A model generated the notes under the pieces. The model worked only from the letters and a program-made list of their open reading frames with translations. It was not told the origin of the DNA and ran no database searches. 64,000 bases of DNA, taken from positions 1-64,000 of the forward strand of contig JBLWVX010000012.1 of assembly GCA_048268245.1 (NCBI GenBank), read 5' to 3'. Source of the stretch: Arcobacteraceae bacterium. Its GTDB lineage: Bacteria; Campylobacterota; Campylobacteria; Campylobacterales; Arcobacteraceae. This document shows, one piece after another, positions 1-9,676 of the stretch. Positions within the stretch are counted from its first letter, which is position 1; each line of letters opens with the position of its first letter. The position numbers and the translations under genes were made by a program.

Positions 1-415
1 AAAAGAAGTTAAAAAAGAAATCAAAGAGACAAAAGAAAAGATAATAAAAGAACAAACAAAACCTATTAAGCAAATACAACTAAAAACAAGTATAAACCAA
101 GAAAAGATAAAAAAAGAACAAGATAGGTTAAAAAACCAATATCTTCATGCACTAAGAGCAAAAATAAATGAGAATAAACACTATCCAAAAATCTCAAAAA
201 GACTAAAAGAACAAGGGGTTGCAACAATCTCTTTTAGAGTTTTAAAAACTGGAAACTTTATAAATATAAAAGTTTTAAAGACAAGTTCTAAAAAACGACT
301 AGATAAAGCAGCACTTGAAGCAATATCTGATACAAACTATTTTATGCCATTTGATAAAAAAATAAAAGCCTCATATATGGATATAATTATCCCTATAGAG
401 TTTAAACTACAATAA
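1..415 (+). CDS. tonB: TonB family energy transducer, C-terminal part (start lies before the window)
   Basis: Frame 2 is open from the window edge: Lys/Glu-rich linker, then NKHYPKISKRLKEQGVATISFRV...LDKAALEAI...IPIEFKLQ* (TonB C-domain pattern). Directly precedes exbB/exbD. Confidence 0.88.
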   Translation, partial: KEVKKEIKETKEKIIKEQTKPIKQIQLKTSINQEKIKKEQDRLKNQYLHALRAKINENKHYPKISKRLKEQGVATISFRVLKTGNFINIKVLKTSSKKRLDKAALEAISDTNYFMPFDKKIKASYMDIIIPIEFKLQ

Positions 416-424
416 GGAAAACCA

Positions 425-964
425 ATGCAACATTCGCTAATTGAATACATACACCTAGGTGGTTATGTTATGTATATTTTAGTATTTTTAAATATAGTGG
501 GACTTACTATATTACTTTGGAAGTTTATACAACTACAAGTTGAAAAAAAAAGAGCACAAAAAATAGTAACAAATATATTTAATGAAGTTCAAAAAGAACA
601 CTCTACAGCCTTTGTTCATTTAGAAGATGAGATTTATAATAAAGCTTCAAAATATTTACTTTCTTGTGAATCTGGAATGAATACTATCAAGATAATCGCA
701 ACAATTGCTCCTATTTTAGGACTTTTAGGAACTGTAATAGGTGTACTTTCATCTTTTGAAACTATTGCAGCAACTGGTTTTTCAAGTGGAGCTAACTCTT
801 TTGCTTCTGGTATTTCCCTTGCACTTATTACAACTGTAGGAGGGCTTATAGTTGCTCTTCCTCATTATGTAGGGTACAACTACCTTCAAGGTGCTTTTAC
901 TAAGCTAGAAGCAAAATATGAATCTTTAATCGTACATAGGATAACTCGTGAGAAGATTAGTTAA
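425..964 (+). CDS. exbB: MotA/TolQ/ExbB proton channel protein
   Basis: APILGLLGTVIG and GISLALITTVGGLIVALP motifs; lies between tonB and exbD. Confidence 0.9.
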   Translation: MQHSLIEYIHLGGYVMYILVFLNIVGLTILLWKFIQLQVEKKRAQKIVTNIFNEVQKEHSTAFVHLEDEIYNKASKYLLSCESGMNTIKIIATIAPILGLLGTVIGVLSSFETIAATGFSSGANSFASGISLALITTVGGLIVALPHYVGYNYLQGAFTKLEAKYESLIVHRITREKIS

Positions 965-1346
965 AAAAAGAGAGTTAATCTCAATGGATTTAACACCACT
1001 TATAGATGTGGTGTTTTTACTTTTAATCTTTTTTATTGTTGCAAGTGAGTTTAAAAAAAATGAAACTATTTTAAATCTAAGTCTTCCTGCTTCACAAAGT
1101 AGTTCACAAATTGTTAAAAAAGAAGAAGTTGTAATAGAAATCACAAAAGAAAAACTAGCTTACAATAGCAAAGAAACTGATTTTTTACAGCTTGAAGAGT
1201 CATTAAAAGATATAGATAAAAAAAGAGCTTTAATAGTTAGAATTGATAAAGAAGTAAAATATGAAAGGGTTGTAAAATTACTTGATTTACTAAATAAACT
1301 CTCATTATCAAATCTTCTTTTAGTAACAAAAGAAGATAAAAAGTAA
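948..1346 (+). CDS. exbD: ExbD/TolR biopolymer transport protein
   Basis: DLTPLIDVVFLLLIFFIV transmembrane motif; GTG start overlaps the end of exbB. Confidence 0.9.
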   Translation: MRRLVKKRELISMDLTPLIDVVFLLLIFFIVASEFKKNETILNLSLPASQSSSQIVKKEEVVIEITKEKLAYNSKETDFLQLEESLKDIDKKRALIVRIDKEVKYERVVKLLDLLNKLSLSNLLLVTKEDKK

Positions 1347-1366
1347 AGTTCTTCTACAATAAGTTT

Positions 1367-2062
1367 ATGCAAACAATTCCCTTAATAAACTTATTGTATT
1401 TACTTTTACCCCTTGTTATAGTTTGGTACTTTTATAAATCTTGGGTAGGTAATCAAACAGAGATTTTATATGCAACTATTAGAATGGTTGTACAACTACT
1501 TGCAATTGGGTATTTACTTTTAATACTTTTTGAAAATAAACATATCTATATGGGGATAATAGTTATTTCTTTTATGCTAATAATCTCAACTTGGATATGT
1601 ATTAGAAATATAAAAAACAAAACGAAAAATGAGTATATAAATGTATTTATTTCATCTACTGTCTCAAGTTTAATACATCTTATTTTAATATTATATTTTG
1701 TACTACAATTAGAAAACTTATACGAACCACAGTACGTAATACCATTAGCAGGAATGGTCTTTGCAAACAACATGAATGGCCTATCTTTAGCTATTGAGAG
1801 GTTTGAAAGTGAGTATTATAGAAATAAAGATTTCAAGCTTTCAAGAAAAGATGCTTTTAAAGCATCAATGATACCACAAATCAACTCACTATTAGCAGTA
1901 GGATTAGTATCATTGCCTGGTATGATGACAGGTCAAATCCTATCAGGAGTTGATCCACTTATAGCAGTAAGGTACCAAATTATGATAATGTCAATAATTT
2001 TATCGGGAACAGGACTTAGTATAATTATTTACTTTTTATTAAAAAGAAAAAGTTTAAATTAA
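1367..2062 (+). CDS. UPF0014 (FetB/YbbM-like) ABC transporter permease
   Basis: [23 protein letters not shown] and [27 protein letters not shown] motifs. Confidence 0.85.
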   Translation: MQTIPLINLLYLLLPLVIVWYFYKSWVGNQTEILYATIRMVVQLLAIGYLLLILFENKHIYMGIIVISFMLIISTWICIRNIKNKTKNEYINVFISSTVSSLIHLILILYFVLQLENLYEPQYVIPLAGMVFANNMNGLSLAIERFESEYYRNKDFKLSRKDAFKASMIPQINSLLAVGLVSLPGMMTGQILSGVDPLIAVRYQIMIMSIILSGTGLSIIIYFLLKRKSLN

Positions 2063-2406
2063 GAGTTAAACTTTTCTTTATGTATTTCACCCCATAAATA
2101 CATCTGTTTTAATATAGGTTTTAAACTCTGTCCATATTCAGTTAAAGAGTACTCCACCTTTGGAGGAACAACTGGATACACTTCTCTGTGGACTATTCCA
2201 TCCTCTTCTAACTCTCTTAATTTTTGGATTAACATCTTTTGTGTTGTTCTTGGAAGAAGTTTTTGTAATTCATTAAATCTTTTTTTCTCACTTCTCAAGT
2301 ACCACAAAATTAAGATTTTCCATTTTCCTGCAAGTACATCAAGTGCCGTTTCTACTGGACATTTTTCAATACTTTGTTCTATATTTTTATCTATTTTTTT
2401 AGTCAT
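2059..2406 (-). CDS. HxlR-family winged-helix regulator
   Basis: [15 protein letters not shown]...RFNEL...PPKVEYSLT; divergent from the oxidoreductase gene. Confidence 0.92.
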   Translation of the reverse strand: MTKKIDKNIEQSIEKCPVETALDVLAGKWKILILWYLRSEKKRFNELQKLLPRTTQKMLIQKLRELEEDGIVHREVYPVVPPKVEYSLTEYGQSLKPILKQMYLWGEIHKEKFNS

Positions 2407-2518
2407 TTTAATACTCCATAGTATCTTTTTAGTAAGTACCTATCTTTTTTGTTAGTTCTTGCTCTTTAGATATATTTTAGCTAAACTTTTAAAAATATCA
2501 AAACTAAGGATTAAATAT

Positions 2519-3508
2519 ATGAAAGCATTAGTTGTAGAAAAAATAGCAGATAAAGAGTTTAGTACAGAAGTTAGAGAAGTATCTATGCCAAAGTGTGATG
2601 ACAACGAAGTAATTATTAAAGTAAATTACTCATCTTTAAACTATAAAGATGCTTTAAGTTCAGTAGGAAATCCTGGTGTTACAAGAAACTTTCCACATAT
2701 TACTGGAATTGACTTAGCTGGTGAGATTTATGAGTCTAAATCACCAATTTTTAAAGCAGGGGAGAGAGTACTTGTAACTGGTTATGATTTAGGAATGAAC
2801 ACTGATGGTGGACACGCTCAATATGTAAAAGTTCCTGCTTCATGGGTAGCTAGAACTCCTGATGCAATTACAGATAAAGAGATCATGACATTTGGAACAG
2901 CAGGTCTTACAGCAGCACTTTCAATCAATGAATTAATTGACAATGGTATAAAAGCTGAAAGTGGTGCTATCTTAGTTACAGGAGCTACTGGTGGAGTGGG
3001 TTCTATTGCCGTATCTATTTTAAGTAAAATAGGTTATAAGGTTGTAGCTATTTCTGGGAAATCAGAAAAAGTTGATTACTTAAAAAGAATAGGTGCAAGT
3101 GACGTTATTTTAAGAGATGAATTCAATGAAGAAAGCTCAAAAAGACCATTATTAGGTGAAAAGTACGCAGGTGTTGTAGATACAGTTGGTGGTGAAGTTT
3201 TGGCAAATGCTTTAAAACTTATCAAATATGATGGAGTTGCTACTTGTTGTGGACTTACTTCTTCTCACGAATTAAATACAAATGTATTCCCATTTATTTT
3301 AAGAGGGGTTAGACTTATAGGTATTGATTCTGTTGAGTGTAAACTAGAGAAAAAGCAAGCTGCATGGGAAAAAATAGCAAGTAAATGGAAAATCGAAAAC
3401 CTTAAAAACATCACAAACGAAATAAATTTAGATGAAATAAAAAAAGCCTACGAATTACTACTTGAAGGTAGAGCTGTAGGAAGATATGTAGTTAAAATAA
3501 GTGATTAA
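2519..3508 (+). CDS. YhdH/AcuI-family NADPH-dependent quinone/acryloyl-CoA oxidoreductase (MDR family)
   Basis: YSSLNYKDAL, VTGATGGVGS and PFILRGVRLIGIDS. Start moved to ATG 2519, after an AAGGA RBS. Confidence 0.9.
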   Translation: MKALVVEKIADKEFSTEVREVSMPKCDDNEVIIKVNYSSLNYKDALSSVGNPGVTRNFPHITGIDLAGEIYESKSPIFKAGERVLVTGYDLGMNTDGGHAQYVKVPASWVARTPDAITDKEIMTFGTAGLTAALSINELIDNGIKAESGAILVTGATGGVGSIAVSILSKIGYKVVAISGKSEKVDYLKRIGASDVILRDEFNEESSKRPLLGEKYAGVVDTVGGEVLANALKLIKYDGVATCCGLTSSHELNTNVFPFILRGVRLIGIDSVECKLEKKQAAWEKIASKWKIENLKNITNEINLDEIKKAYELLLEGRAVGRYVVKISD

Positions 3509-3568
3509 AAGACTTAATAGCTAATTTTGATATAATATCCCCATTAAATTAAAATATAGGGATATGTA

Positions 3569-4801
3569 ATGCAACAATTTTTAGAAGAGGCTAAAAAAAC
3601 TAGCCGAACTATTGCAAACCTTAGTACTAAAACTAAAAACAAAGTACTAAACGAAATGGCTGATGCATTAATGGCACATTGTGATTATATAGTTGATCAC
3701 AATAGAAAAGATATGCATGAAGGAAATATGAATGACTTAAGTGAAGCCTTACTTGACAGACTTCTTCTTACAGGAGAGAGAGTTCAAGGAATGGCTGATG
3801 CAATTAGACAAATTGCTTCACAAAAAGAGCCAGTAGGAAGACTACTTGAAGGATGGGTAACAGAAGATGACCTTAATATCCAAAAAGTATCTGTTCCTAT
3901 TGGGGTTATTGGTATTATTTATGAAAGTAGACCAAATGTAACATCTGATACAGCAGCACTTTGTTTTAAAAGTGGAAATGTTTGTGTTCTAAAAGGTGGG
4001 AAAGAAGCTCAACACTCAAATAAAGCTATTGCAAATGTATTAAGACAAGTATTAGCAAAAAATAAACTACCAGAACAAGCTATTTCACTATTACCTGACT
4101 CAACAAGAGAAGGTGTAGCAAATCTTATTAAGCAAGATAAATATGTAGACTTAATCGTACCAAGAGGTGGAGAAGCATTAATTAGATACGTAAGTGAGAA
4201 CTCATCAGTTCCTGTAATCAAACACGATAAAGGTTTATGCCATATTTATATCGATAGAGATGCAGCTCACAATAAAATCATTGATATTGCTTTAAATGCA
4301 AAAGTTCAAAGACCAGGTGTTTGTAATGCCATGGAAACATTACTAGTTCATCAAGAAATTGCCCCTTATATTTTACCTGGACTTTATGATGCGTTTATGG
4401 AACATGGAACACAACTTAAAGGTTGTAAAGAGACTTTAAAACACTTAGATATTCAATGTGCGACACATGAAGATTATGATACTGAGTATTTAGCAAATAT
4501 TTTAAATATTAAAATAGTTCAAAATGTAGATGAAGCTATTGCTCATATCTCAAAATATGGTTCAGGTCACTCTGAATCAATTTTAAGTGAAAACTACACA
4601 GCTGTAAATAAATTTTTAGATGGTGTAGATGCTGCTTGTGTATATGCAAATGCAAGTACAAGATTTACAGATGGTGGAGCCTTTGGACTTGGAGCGGAAG
4701 TTGGTATTTCTACAAATAAACTTCATTCAAGAGGACCTATGGGTATAAATGACTTAACAACATTTAAGTATAAAATCTACGGAAAAGGGCAAATAAGATA
4801 A
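3569..4801 (+). CDS. proA: Gamma-glutamyl phosphate reductase
   Basis: GVIGIIYESRPNVT, CNAMETLLV and NASTRFTDGG...GAEVGISTNKLHSRGPMG. Confidence 0.97.
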   Translation: MQQFLEEAKKTSRTIANLSTKTKNKVLNEMADALMAHCDYIVDHNRKDMHEGNMNDLSEALLDRLLLTGERVQGMADAIRQIASQKEPVGRLLEGWVTEDDLNIQKVSVPIGVIGIIYESRPNVTSDTAALCFKSGNVCVLKGGKEAQHSNKAIANVLRQVLAKNKLPEQAISLLPDSTREGVANLIKQDKYVDLIVPRGGEALIRYVSENSSVPVIKHDKGLCHIYIDRDAAHNKIIDIALNAKVQRPGVCNAMETLLVHQEIAPYILPGLYDAFMEHGTQLKGCKETLKHLDIQCATHEDYDTEYLANILNIKIVQNVDEAIAHISKYGSGHSESILSENYTAVNKFLDGVDAACVYANASTRFTDGGAFGLGAEVGISTNKLHSRGPMGINDLTTFKYKIYGKGQIR

Positions 4802-5127
4802 TGTCAAAAAAAGTATATTGTGTTGCTTCATTTAAAGCAAAAGAGGGAAAAGAGCAAGAGTTAATTGAAGTTTTACAAGACTTAGAGCCTCAAACTACAA
4901 GAGAAAATGGATGTATTCAATATATAGTTACAAAGCACTTTGAACATCCAAATGCTATGGGGAAATCTTTTCCTATAGTTTTTAATGAAATCTGGGCATC
5001 AAATGAAGACTTTGAACTTCACTGCAAAAAACCTTACATCACAGAGTTTTTTGAAACTCACTGCGTAAACCCTGATGGTTTAGTTGCAGACTTCAATGTT
5101 TGTGTATATACAGACGAAGTAAACTAA
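4801..5127 (+). CDS. Putative quinol monooxygenase (ABM family)
   Basis: Size and pattern A-K-GKEQEL...TRENGCIQY...FNEIWAS...FELH. Confidence 0.8.
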   Translation: MSKKVYCVASFKAKEGKEQELIEVLQDLEPQTTRENGCIQYIVTKHFEHPNAMGKSFPIVFNEIWASNEDFELHCKKPYITEFFETHCVNPDGLVADFNVCVYTDEVN

Positions 5128-5150
5128 TTACAATTTGATTACAAGCCTTT

Positions 5151-5186
5151 CTTAAAAAAGTAGATATAATCTTCTCTTTTTTAAGA
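5151..5186. terminator. Probable intrinsic terminator after proA-ABM
   Basis: Imperfect inverted repeat CTTAAAAAAG...CTTTTTTAAG. Confidence 0.45.
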
Positions 5187-5193
5187 GGTTGTA

Positions 5194-6354
5194 ATGAAAA
5201 ACTACATTGATATTTTTATAAAATTTTTTACTTTAGGACTTTTTAGTTTTGGTGGTCCTATGGCTCATATAGGATACTTTAGAAAAACATTTGTTGAAAA
5301 ACTAAACTGGCTAGATGATAGTTCATACTCAAGAATTTTAGCCTTAAGTCAGTTTCTTCCTGGACCTAGTTCCTCACAAGTTGGTTTTGCTATAGGTCTT
5401 AAAAAAGGTGGCTTAATAGGAGCTATTACAGCTTTTGTAGCTTTTACCTTTCCCTCTTTCATACTTTTATATTTTATAGCGACATTTGATTTATCTTCAA
5501 GTCAAAATAGCAGTATTGAAGCTTTGATTATAGGTTTAAAACTATTTGCTGTTGTGATTGTAAGTGATGCTATAATTTCTATGTTTAAAAGCTTTTGTAA
5601 AGACAAAATCACAATATCAATCTTTGCAATAAGTACTTTTTTACTTATTAATTTCTCTTTTGCTTATATGCAGGTTTTAGTTTTAGTTCTTGCAGGAGTT
5701 GTTGCTTATTTTTTTGTAAAAGAAGAAAAAAGTGAGGAAAAAAGTACAACTATTAAAAGCAAGAAACTTCCACTTTTTATATTTTTTGCTCTTTTACTAG
5801 TTCTTCCATTTCTTGCTTCAACTAGTACTGAACTTAAAATATTTAGTTCTTTTTATGAGGCTGGAAGTTTAGTATTTGGAGGAGGGCATGTTGTACTTCC
5901 ACTTCTTCAAGAGACTTTAGGAGAGCTTATAACAAAAGATGATTTCATTCTATCTTACTCACTTGCACAAGCAGTTCCTGGACCTATGTTTACAATCGCT
6001 TCATATTTAGGTGCAACTATTACTCAAGAGCAAGCCTTCATGGGAGCTTTGATTGCGACACTAGCTATTTTCCTTCCAGGATTTTTATTGATTTTAGCTT
6101 TTTATGAAAGTTTTGAATCACTAAGCACAAAAAAGAGTATTAAAAAAGCTTTAGTAGGTGTAAATTCAGGAGTTGTAGCCTTACTTTTTGCGGTACTTAT
6201 AAATACAGTTTTTCCAAGTGCTGTTTACTCAATCTTTGATTTTTTAGCAGTTTTAATAGGGCTATTTATTCTAAAAGTTTATAAAACTAATATTTTCTTT
6301 TTAATTTTAGGATTTATTCTATTTGGTTTTGTAAAAACTTTTTTTAACTTCTAA
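5194..6354 (+). CDS. chrA: Chromate efflux transporter (long-chain CHR)
   Basis: SFGGP, SQFLPGP, VFGGGHVVLP and AQAVPGP motifs. Confidence 0.93.
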   Translation: MKNYIDIFIKFFTLGLFSFGGPMAHIGYFRKTFVEKLNWLDDSSYSRILALSQFLPGPSSSQVGFAIGLKKGGLIGAITAFVAFTFPSFILLYFIATFDLSSSQNSSIEALIIGLKLFAVVIVSDAIISMFKSFCKDKITISIFAISTFLLINFSFAYMQVLVLVLAGVVAYFFVKEEKSEEKSTTIKSKKLPLFIFFALLLVLPFLASTSTELKIFSSFYEAGSLVFGGGHVVLPLLQETLGELITKDDFILSYSLAQAVPGPMFTIASYLGATITQEQAFMGALIATLAIFLPGFLLILAFYESFESLSTKKSIKKALVGVNSGVVALLFAVLINTVFPSAVYSIFDFLAVLIGLFILKVYKTNIFFLILGFILFGFVKTFFNF

Positions 6355-6361
6355 GTAATCT

Positions 6362-6763
6362 TTACTTAAAAGTCATTATTTCATAACTTATATATTCAGA
6401 CATTAATTTGATTTCAGCTTTTGTATATTTAGTCATTTGAAAGTTCATAGCAAGAAACTTTTTCTCTTTATTTTTATAAGCTAATAATGATTTATAGATT
6501 TCTTTTTCGCTCATATACTTTACTAATTTCTCTCCATCAGTTGAAATATCCCAGTTTTTTCCATGACAGTTTTTACACTCAGTGACCATCATATAACCTT
6601 TTGATATAAACTCTTGGCTTGGTTTCATTTTCTTGGCAATTTTATCAAAACACTCAAGTCTATTTTCATTTTGTTTTAAAACTGAACATTTTTCAATCTC
6701 TTCTTTTAAAGTAAGTGAGAAAATAGATGTCACTAAAACTAATGTGATTAATAAGCTTTTCAT
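6362..6763 (-). CDS. Exported monoheme c-type cytochrome
   Basis: Signal peptide, CKNCH heme motif, distal Met (AMNFQM). Confidence 0.75.
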   Translation of the reverse strand: MKSLLITLVLVTSIFSLTLKEEIEKCSVLKQNENRLECFDKIAKKMKPSQEFISKGYMMVTECKNCHGKNWDISTDGEKLVKYMSEKEIYKSLLAYKNKEKKFLAMNFQMTKYTKAEIKLMSEYISYEIMTFK

Positions 6764-6766
6764 TCT

Positions 6767-7396
6767 TTACCTTTGTGATAGTGCAAGTTTTATTCCAAGT
6801 CCTACTAAAACAAAAGAAGTTAAGATATTCATATACTTTACAATACTTGGTTTCTCTAAAAGTCTTTTACTAAGTAAGTTCCCAGCTACTCCTATACTTG
6901 AAAAAACTATAATAGTTAAAGCCATAAAAATAGCTCCTAAAATAATCATCTGTGTTGGTACATTTCCAGCTTGTGTATTTACAAACTGAGGAAGAAAAGC
7001 CAAAAAGAAAATAGATACTTTTGGATTTAAAATATTCATTACAAAACCCTTTATATATAACTGTTTAAGCTCTTTTATAGAGTTTTGAGCACTTAGATCA
7101 AGTTTTTCATTTCTATATTTAAAAGCTTGATAAGCTATATAAAGTAAATAAGCAGCCCCTGCAAACTTTATAATATTAAAAGCAAGTTCTGAGGTTTGAA
7201 AAATTACAGAAATACCAAATGCTGCTGCTGATGTATGAATAATAAGACCTGTTGCTAAACCTAATGTAGTAACAATTGCAGCTTTCTTACTTTTTGTCAT
7301 ACCTTGTGTTAAAACATAAATATTATCAGGACCTGGTGCTAAACATAATAAAAATGAAGCGATTATGAACATATAAAGCTCTGTTAGTTCAATCAT
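6767..7396 (-). CDS. LysE/RhtB family translocator
   Basis: PGPDN, GAAYLLY and NILNPKVSIFFLAFLPQF. Confidence 0.93.
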   Translation of the reverse strand: MIELTELYMFIIASFLLCLAPGPDNIYVLTQGMTKSKKAAIVTTLGLATGLIIHTSAAAFGISVIFQTSELAFNIIKFAGAAYLLYIAYQAFKYRNEKLDLSAQNSIKELKQLYIKGFVMNILNPKVSIFFLAFLPQFVNTQAGNVPTQMIILGAIFMALTIIVFSSIGVAGNLLSKRLLEKPSIVKYMNILTSFVLVGLGIKLALSQR

Positions 7397-7506
7397 AAAA
7401 TACCTTTATAAAATTATATTTTATTGTATCAAAAAAATAGAAAAAAGAATTTTATACCACTAAGTGAACACCAAGTAGTTATAAAATCTTTTAAAAGGAG
7501 TTTTAT

Positions 7507-8856
7507 ATGAAATATACACAAAAGAGGTATCTAACTTATTCAATCATTAGTATTGTTGTTTTTTTACTACCATTTATTACAATCAATGGTAACCACTTAT
7601 TGCTTTTATCTTTTGAGAAAATGCAGTTTCATTTTATGGGATTTGCTTTTAATGTAAATGAGCTTTATATAATGCCATTTTTATTAATACTTTTATTTAT
7701 TGGTATTTTTGCCATAACATCAATGTTTGGTAGATTATGGTGTGGTTGGGGCTGTCCTCAAACTATCTTTAGAGTTATTTATAGAGACCTAATTGAAACA
7801 AAGCTTTTAGGTATGAGAAGACATAAAAACAAACAAAAAGATATTGACTATTCTAAAAAATCAAATCAAATCAAAAAATATCTAGCTATATTAATTTGGG
7901 GATTTTTATCACTTGTTGCAGCTTCTAATTTCTTATGGTATTTTGTACCACCTGAAGAGTTTTTTGCTAAGCTTCAAGATCCACTAAACCATTCACTTTT
8001 AATAATGTTTATTTTAAGTATTGCACTATTTTTAATCTATGATGTTATTTTTATGAAAGAAAACTTCTGTGTTTATGTATGTCCTTACTCAAGAATTCAA
8101 TCTGTTCTTTATGATGATGATACAAAACAAGTTGTTTATGATACAAATAGAGGTGGAGATATATACAAAAACAATGTAAAGTCAATTTTTAAAATGAAAA
8201 AACTTGAGAAAAATGACGAATGTACTACTTGTGAAGCCTGTGTTAAAGTATGTCCTACTCATATTGATATTAGAAAAGGTTTACAAGTTGAGTGTATAAA
8301 CTGTTTAGAGTGTAGTGATGCTTGTGATACAGTTATGAGTAAAATGGGTAAAGAGTCACTTATTAACTGGGGAAGTACAAATGAAGTAATAAATAAGAAA
8401 AAAGTTTCAATATTCTCAAAAAGAAATATCGCTTATTTTGTATCTCTTGCTTTATGTATAGTTCTTACAGCATCATTTGCTTCAAGTAAAGAGTATTTTC
8501 TAGTAAATATAAATAAAACAACAAAGCTTTATAGTATTAAAGATGAAGGAAAAGTTTCAAATAACTATGTTTTAACATTCCATAATACTAGTAATAGGGA
8601 ATATACTTTTGTTCTTGATGTTGAAAATAAAGACTTCTATATAAAAAGATTTAAACCATTTAAACTAAAACCAAATAGTAGAGTAAAAAAAGTAGTGATT
8701 TTAGAGACTAAAAAGAGACTTTTTATCTCAGATAAAAAAGATACAGCTTTAAGTATCAAAGTAAATATAAAAGCTTTAGAAAATAAAGAAGCTACTCAAA
8801 CAAAAGAGTTATCTTTTATCTATCCTAGAAATTCACTTTTCAAAGACAAAAATTAA
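7507..8856 (+). CDS. ccoG: Cytochrome c oxidase accessory protein CcoG
   Basis: GRLWCGWGCPQT, FCVYVCPY and CTTCEACVKVCPTHIDIRKGLQVECINCLECSDAC. Confidence 0.93.
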   Translation: MKYTQKRYLTYSIISIVVFLLPFITINGNHLLLLSFEKMQFHFMGFAFNVNELYIMPFLLILLFIGIFAITSMFGRLWCGWGCPQTIFRVIYRDLIETKLLGMRRHKNKQKDIDYSKKSNQIKKYLAILIWGFLSLVAASNFLWYFVPPEEFFAKLQDPLNHSLLIMFILSIALFLIYDVIFMKENFCVYVCPYSRIQSVLYDDDTKQVVYDTNRGGDIYKNNVKSIFKMKKLEKNDECTTCEACVKVCPTHIDIRKGLQVECINCLECSDACDTVMSKMGKESLINWGSTNEVINKKKVSIFSKRNIAYFVSLALCIVLTASFASSKEYFLVNINKTTKLYSIKDEGKVSNNYVLTFHNTSNREYTFVLDVENKDFYIKRFKPFKLKPNSRVKKVVILETKKRLFISDKKDTALSIKVNIKALENKEATQTKELSFIYPRNSLFKDKN

Positions 8857-8934
8857 TAAAAACATCACTCAATCACTTAATTATTAATTAATTATAAATC
8901 AAATATGATTAAATAGATAATTCAAAGGAAGAGC

Positions 8935-9105
8935 TTGTTAGGGATAATACTTAATTATGATAATGATAAACAAATGGGTCATATTTCATCAAATAATGAA
9001 AGATATGGGTTCATGATGGAACTTAGGAACTCCATCTATAATAGCAATAACATTTATAGCATCTGCTTTTACATTGAATTATTAAAACACAAAGGAAACA
9101 TATGA
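8935..9105 (+). pseudogene. Remnant of a paralog of the downstream DUF805-type gene
   Basis: TTG-started 56-aa frame (MLGIILNYDNDKQMGHISSNNERYGF...) matches the N-terminus of the next gene. A hydrophobic tail (LGTPSIIAITFIASAFTLNY*) lies in another frame. Confidence 0.6.
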
Positions 9106-9665
9106 CAGGTAAAATTTTAAATATTGACACAGATGCGAATGTGGGTGTTATTTCTGGACAAGATGGAAATAGATATAATTTTAATATCTCAGAGTGGAAA
9201 AGTAGTGATACTAAACCAGCTGTTGGATTAGAAGTTGATTTTAATATTCTTGATGAAATGGCAAGTGATATTTATTTAATAAATAAAGCAAAGGCAAATT
9301 TTGATATTAAACATGAAGAAAAAGGAGCTTTCAATCATTACCTAGATGCATTCAAAAATTATGCAACATTCTCAGGAAGAGCAAGTCGAAGTGCTTTTTG
9401 GTATTTTCAATTAATTAACTTTATTATTGGAACATTAATTACAATAGTTGTAAAAATCATCCCCGTTTTTTATTTTGTATCAGTAGTTTATTCATTAGCA
9501 ATAATTGTACCAAGTATTGCTTTAGGTGCTAGAAGATTACATGATACAGGAAGAAGTGGTTGGTGGCAACTTTTAATGCTTATTCCATTAATTGGTATTA
9601 TTGTATTAATTATACTTTGGATACAAAAAACAAAACAAGAACAAACAAAGTATGACCTTAACTAA
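9102..9665 (+). CDS. DUF805 (YhaH-like) membrane protein with N-terminal OB/cold-shock-like domain
   Basis: YATFSGRASRSAFW and RRLHDTGRSGWW; N-terminus G-I-----G-ISGQDGNRYNF. Confidence 0.85.
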   Translation: MTGKILNIDTDANVGVISGQDGNRYNFNISEWKSSDTKPAVGLEVDFNILDEMASDIYLINKAKANFDIKHEEKGAFNHYLDAFKNYATFSGRASRSAFWYFQLINFIIGTLITIVVKIIPVFYFVSVVYSLAIIVPSIALGARRLHDTGRSGWWQLLMLIPLIGIIVLIILWIQKTKQEQTKYDLN

Positions 9666-9676
9666 AACACAATAAC

